Shown here: in pieces, positions 59,868 to 64,000 of the stretch
How positions within the stretch are numbered: position 1 is the first letter of the stretch
How the letters are laid out: every line of letters starts with the position of its first letter
Assembly: GCA_965219575.1 (NCBI GenBank)
Contig: OZ244779.1
Span: 1,740,769-1,804,768 of the forward strand
DNA: 64,000 nt
Direction of reading: 5' to 3'
Source: Candidatus Oxydemutatoraceae bacterium
GTDB lineage: Bacteria; Pseudomonadota; Gammaproteobacteria; Poriferisulfidales; Oxydemutatoraceae
The notes under the pieces: model-generated
Told to the model about the DNA's origin: nothing
Seen by the model: only the letters and a program-made list of their open reading frames with translations
The model's database searches: none
Translations under genes and position numbers: made by a program

Positions 59868-62800
59868 CTACTGGAGCGGACCCTCTAAAAATACTTTGGC
59901 GCGTATCCTAATAGCTGAAGCAGTGACATCCACCGACACAGTCTCACTATCGCTTAACCCGCCGCTATCGGTGGCGGTGAAGGTAATCGTTGCTTCTCCT
60001 TCTTGCTCGGCACTAATCACAAAGGTTGTAATCGTATCCGTGGTTATATCGGCAGCTTGCACCGGTGTTACCGAAACAATCGTTCGGCTCGACGACATCG
60101 CCTCCAATGTAACAATATCGTCCAAATTGAAATTATCATCCGCTACCAAGACAGCGATTTGAGCCGCACTATTGACCGGTAGCGTTTGCGCCGATGACGG
60201 TGTAATCATAATCGTCGGTGTAGTATTCGCCTCCACTCGTACTTCAAATTGTGCCGAGACCTCCGAGTTTGCTACACCTCTGTCGTCGTTCACCGTCACC
60301 GTAATCACCGCACGACCGGCACCGACACCGCTAACCTCAAGCGTACGGGTGGCATCGTCGGTTGCGATAATCGTTGCGGTTGCAATCATACTATCGCCGG
60401 TATTAATTCTTACACTGAGGCTATCGTCGGCATCGGCATCGTTTATCGCAACATCAAACTCGGTACTCAAACCTTCCAACAACCTAATCGGTTGCTCGGG
60501 AATACCGCTCAGCGTCGGTGCCGTATTGACACGCACCACTAGCTCTACACTATCGCTTAACCCACCGCGGTCGGTTGCGGTGAAGGTAATCGTCGCTTCT
60601 CCGCCTTGCTCGGCACTAATCCTAAAGGTTGTAATCGTATCCGTGGTTATATCGGTAACTTGCGCCGGTGTCACCGATATAATCGTTTGGCTTGACGACA
60701 TTGCCGCCAGTGCGACAATATCATTCAAATCGAAATTGCTATCCGTAACCGAGACGATGGTATCGGTCGTGGTATTGACCGGTAGCGTTTGCGCCGATGA
60801 CGGTGTAATCATAATCGTCGGTGTAGTGTTCGCTTCGACTTGTACTTCAAACTCTGCCGAGACCTCCGAGTTTGCTACACTTCTGCCGTCATTTACCGTC
60901 ACCGTAATCGTTGCTTCGCCCTCACCGACACCGCTAACCTCAAGCGTACGGGTGGCATCGTCGGTTGCGATAATCGTTGCGGTTGCAATCATGCTATCGC
61001 TGGTATCAATTCGTACATTGAGGCTATCGTCGGCATCGGCATCGTTTACCGCAACAGAAAGCTCGGTACTCAAACCTTCCAACAACCTGATGGGTTGCTC
61101 GGGAATACCGCTCAGCGTCGGTGCCGTGTTGACACGCACCGCTAGTTCTATACTATCGCTTAACCCGCCGATGTCGGTTGCGGTGAATGTAATCGTCGCT
61201 TCTCCGCCTTGCTCGGCACTAATCCTAAAGGTTCTACTCGTATCCGTCGTTATATTAGCAACTTGCACCGGTGTCACCGAAACAATCGTTCGGCTTGACG
61301 ACATTGCCGCTAATGTGACAATATCATTCAAATCGAAATTGCTATCCGTAACCGAGACGATGGTATCGGTCGTGCTATTGACCGGTAGCGTTTGCGCTGA
61401 TGACGGTGTAATCATAATCGTCGGTGTAGTATTCGCCTCCACTCGTACTTCAAATTGTGCCGAGACCTCAGAGTTTGCTACACCTCTGTCGTCATTCACC
61501 GTCACCGTAATCACCGCACGACCGGCACCGACACCGCTAACCTCAAGCGTACGGGTGGCATCGTTGGTTGCGATAATCGTTGCGCTCGCAATCATGCTAT
61601 CGCCGGTATCAATTCTTATACTGGGGCTGTCATCGGCATCGGCATCGTTTACCGCAACAGAAAGCTCGGTACTCAAACCTTCCAACAACCTGATGGGTTG
61701 TTCGGGAATACCGCTCAGCGTCGGTGCCGTATTGACACGCACCGCTAGTTCTACACTATCGCTTAACCCGCCGATGTCGGTTGCGGTGAATGTAATCGTC
61801 GCTTCTCCGCCTTGCTCGGCACTAATCCTAAAGGTTCTACTCGTATCCGTCGTTATACCGCCAGTTTGCGTTGATGTCACCGAAACAATCGTTCGGCTTG
61901 ACGACATTGCCTCCAGTGTGACGATATCGTCCAGATTGAAATTATCATCCGCCACCGAGACAACGATAGCCGCCGTGCTATTGATTGGTAGCGTTTGCGC
62001 TGTTGATGGTGTAATCATAATCGTCGGTGTAGTATTCGCTTCCACTTGCACTTCAAATTGTTCCGAGATCCTTGAATTTGCTACACCTCTGCCGTCATCC
62101 ACCGTCACCTTAATCGTTGCCTCACCCTCACCGACACCGACAACCTCAAGTGTGCGGGTGGCATCGTCGGTTGCGATAATCGTTGCGGTTGCAATCATGC
62201 TATCGCTGGTATCAATTCTTACATTGAGGTTATCGTCTGCATCGGCATCGTTTATCGCAACATCAAACTCAGTACTCAAACCTTCCAATAATCTGATGGG
62301 TTGCTCGGGAATACCGCTCAGCGTCGGTGCCGTATTCACACGCACCGCTAGCTCGGCATGAGCACTCAAGCTGTTTCGGTCGGTTGCGGTGAATCTAATC
62401 GTCGCTTCTCCGCCTTGCTCGGCATTCAGCACGAAGCGCACACTCGTATCGGTCGTTATGTCGGCAATGCGCGCCGGCATCACCGAGACCACCGATGGGG
62501 TTGACGATACCGCCGTCAATGTAACAACATCGTCCAAATCGAAATTGCTGTCCGCAACCGAGACGATGGTATCGGTCGTGCTATTGACTGGTAGCGTTAG
62601 TGCCGATGACGGTGCAAGCAATAACGTTGGAACGGTATTCTCTTCCACCGTCACATCAAACACCAAAGAAGCCGTTGCATTGGCTTCGCCGGTGCCGTCA
62701 TCCACCGTTGCGGTAATCATCGTCTCACCGGCACGCTCTCCGCTAATCGTAAGCATGCGGGTGGTTCCGTCCCCGCTAATCATTGCGCTTGCAATCGTAT

Positions 62801-64000
62801 CGTCGGTGGAGGTGACTTCTACATTCAATGTACTGCCGTCCCTATCGTCCACCGACACCGGCACCATGATTAGCTCTCCCTCCAACAATGTGATATTGGT
62901 GTCTTGGGAGTCATCAACCCTAATCGTCGGTGTCGTGTTTTGTCCCAGCCTCGCACCTAGATTCGACGAGTATACACTCCTCGTATAGTCTTGCAAGTCG
63001 GTATACGCTATCCGCACACGGAACCTGTCGCCTGGGCTTACTTCATGGTCTTGAGGTGCCGATAACGTGGTCGGAACATCGTAGGAAATCTCAATATCGC
63101 CTAAAGTGCCACTCTGCCCGGCAATGTCTTCCCAACCCGAACCGTCACCCTCATCTATCAGACAATTCCTGTTGAGACTTCCTAGACACTGTTGCCAGTG
63201 ATAGGTCATAGTTCCGCTCACGCCACCGTCGGTCTCACCCGTCGCATCTATGCCGGTAAAGATTAATATTGTCTCGGTCGTAGATCTGGTGAGGTCATTT
63301 ATCGACACCACGCCATTATCTTCCTTGTTCACCACTATCGCGTACACTCCTGTCGTAGTAGTCGCCCCGTCGCTCACTTCCACCACAAAGCTCGCCGTCG
63401 CCGTAGTAGCAGTTGCGTCGGTCACAAAGTAGTCGCGAATAGTTAACGGTGCCGTCTCTCCCGACACATCGGCTTCGTCGGCATTGATGCTACTCACACG
63501 CCAACGATAGCTTAAGTTGTCGAAGTTCTCGTCGGAAGCCTCGGCAGTCATCCTCACCATGCCACCTTCGCTCACCGGTGAAGGTGCGACATTAACCAGC
63601 GTAATCGTCGGTGCAATGTTCGGTACCGTATACACATCGGATTGCGTCGTCACCAATTGTCCGATGTTATCTACAACCGTTGCCTCCAGCCTATAGCGTG
63701 TGCCGGCGGTTCGCGACGGTCTATCGTAGGGGATGCGATATTCATTCTCGGTTGCACCGTCTATCAAAGTGTTGTTAATGAACCACCGATAGCTCGTCGA
63801 CGTAATCCCGTTGGCATCGGCGAGCGTTGAAGTCGTACTCAGCTGCCATCTATCGTCGCTGTCCGGTTCTATGCGTACAGCACCGGTCAGCGGGGCATCT
63901 ACCACTAGTGTGAAGCTCGCCTGCACGCGACCACCTCTGCCGTCATCCGCCGAGACTCTCACGATGGATCCTGCCGCGGTTTGGCTGGCATCGGCATTGG
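59868..64000 (-). CDS. Large Ig/cadherin-like repeat protein (5' end outside window)
   Basis: Frame open to the window edge; 201-aa repeats; C-terminal IRAKVFLEGPLQ. Confidence 0.9.
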   Translation of the reverse strand, partial: NADASQTAAGSIVRVSADDGRGGRVQASFTLVVDAPLTGAVRIEPDSDDRWQLSTTSTLADANGITSTSYRWFINNTLIDGATENEYRIPYDRPSRTAGTRYRLEATVVDNIGQLVTTQSDVYTVPNIAPTITLVNVAPSPVSEGGMVRMTAEASDENFDNLSYRWRVSSINADEADVSGETAPLTIRDYFVTDATATTATASFVVEVSDGATTTTGVYAIVVNKEDNGVVSINDLTRSTTETILIFTGIDATGETDGGVSGTMTYHWQQCLGSLNRNCLIDEGDGSGWEDIAGQSGTLGDIEISYDVPTTLSAPQDHEVSPGDRFRVRIAYTDLQDYTRSVYSSNLGARLGQNTTPTIRVDDSQDTNITLLEGELIMVPVSVDDRDGSTLNVEVTSTDDTIASAMISGDGTTRMLTISGERAGETMITATVDDGTGEANATASLVFDVTVEENTVPTLLLAPSSALTLPVNSTTDTIVSVADSNFDLDDVVTLTAVSSTPSVVSVMPARIADITTDTSVRFVLNAEQGGEATIRFTATDRNSLSAHAELAVRVNTAPTLSGIPEQPIRLLEGLSTEFDVAINDADADDNLNVRIDTSDSMIATATIIATDDATRTLEVVGVGEGEATIKVTVDDGRGVANSRISEQFEVQVEANTTPTIMITPSTAQTLPINSTAAIVVSVADDNFNLDDIVTLEAMSSSRTIVSVTSTQTGGITTDTSRTFRISAEQGGEATITFTATDIGGLSDSVELAVRVNTAPTLSGIPEQPIRLLEGLSTELSVAVNDADADDSPSIRIDTGDSMIASATIIATNDATRTLEVSGVGAGRAVITVTVNDDRGVANSEVSAQFEVRVEANTTPTIMITPSSAQTLPVNSTTDTIVSVTDSNFDLNDIVTLAAMSSSRTIVSVTPVQVANITTDTSRTFRISAEQGGEATITFTATDIGGLSDSIELAVRVNTAPTLSGIPEQPIRLLEGLSTELSVAVNDADADDSLNVRIDTSDSMIATATIIATDDATRTLEVSGVGEGEATITVTVNDGRSVANSEVSAEFEVQVEANTTPTIMITPSSAQTLPVNTTTDTIVSVTDSNFDLNDIVALAAMSSSQTIISVTPAQVTDITTDTITTFRISAEQGGEATITFTATDRGGLSDSVELVVRVNTAPTLSGIPEQPIRLLEGLSTEFDVAINDADADDSLSVRINTGDSMIATATIIATDDATRTLEVSGVGAGRAVITVTVNDDRGVANSEVSAQFEVRVEANTTPTIMITPSSAQTLPVNSAAQIAVLVADDNFNLDDIVTLEAMSSSRTIVSVTPVQAADITTDTITTFVISAEQEGEATITFTATDSGGLSDSETVSVDVTASAIRIRAKVFLEGPLQ
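59925..62930 (-). repeat. Intragenic 603-bp tandem repeat (four close copies and one diverged)
   Basis: ACCTTCCAA anchor at 60471, 61074, 61677 and 62280. Confidence 0.92.

Noticed and set aside
60172-62361. 729-aa plus-strand ORF
   Set aside because: Antisense shadow of the Thr/Val/Ala-rich repeat gene; the repeats propagate the absence of stops.

Overview
A 64-kb chromosomal window from a Gammaproteobacteria-like, probably host-associated bacterium (inferred from gene content). Housekeeping blocks are cysS-yidD-hisI, petABC-sspA-yajC-secDF, lptD-surA-pdxA, rimP-nusA-infB-rbfA-truB-moaA and tRNA-Ser. Between them lies a dense mobilome: a MITE family with GGG(G/A)CTGTTGAAAAA ends carrying GTAG-REP hairpins, a truncated RAYT, an IS3, a broken IS1380 and an Rpn nuclease. 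The standout is a type II-C CRISPR-Cas locus (tracrRNA, cas9, cas1, cas2, and a 48-repeat array split by the IS3). Its Cas9 carries a second, in-frame, apparently catalytically dead HNH copy (about 64% identical by hand alignment) inside RuvC-III, plus a Lys-rich tandem insert, and its tracrRNA anti-repeat has a 20-nt bulge. A second candidate system is four large secreted modular proteins sharing a terminal 'xRxKVFLEG(P/A)L' peptide. Two of their genes are followed by the same IS3-right-end cassette, and one has twin FGE/CLec domains that differ mostly in the DGR-type variable region. All alignments and counts were made by eye; no database searches were run.
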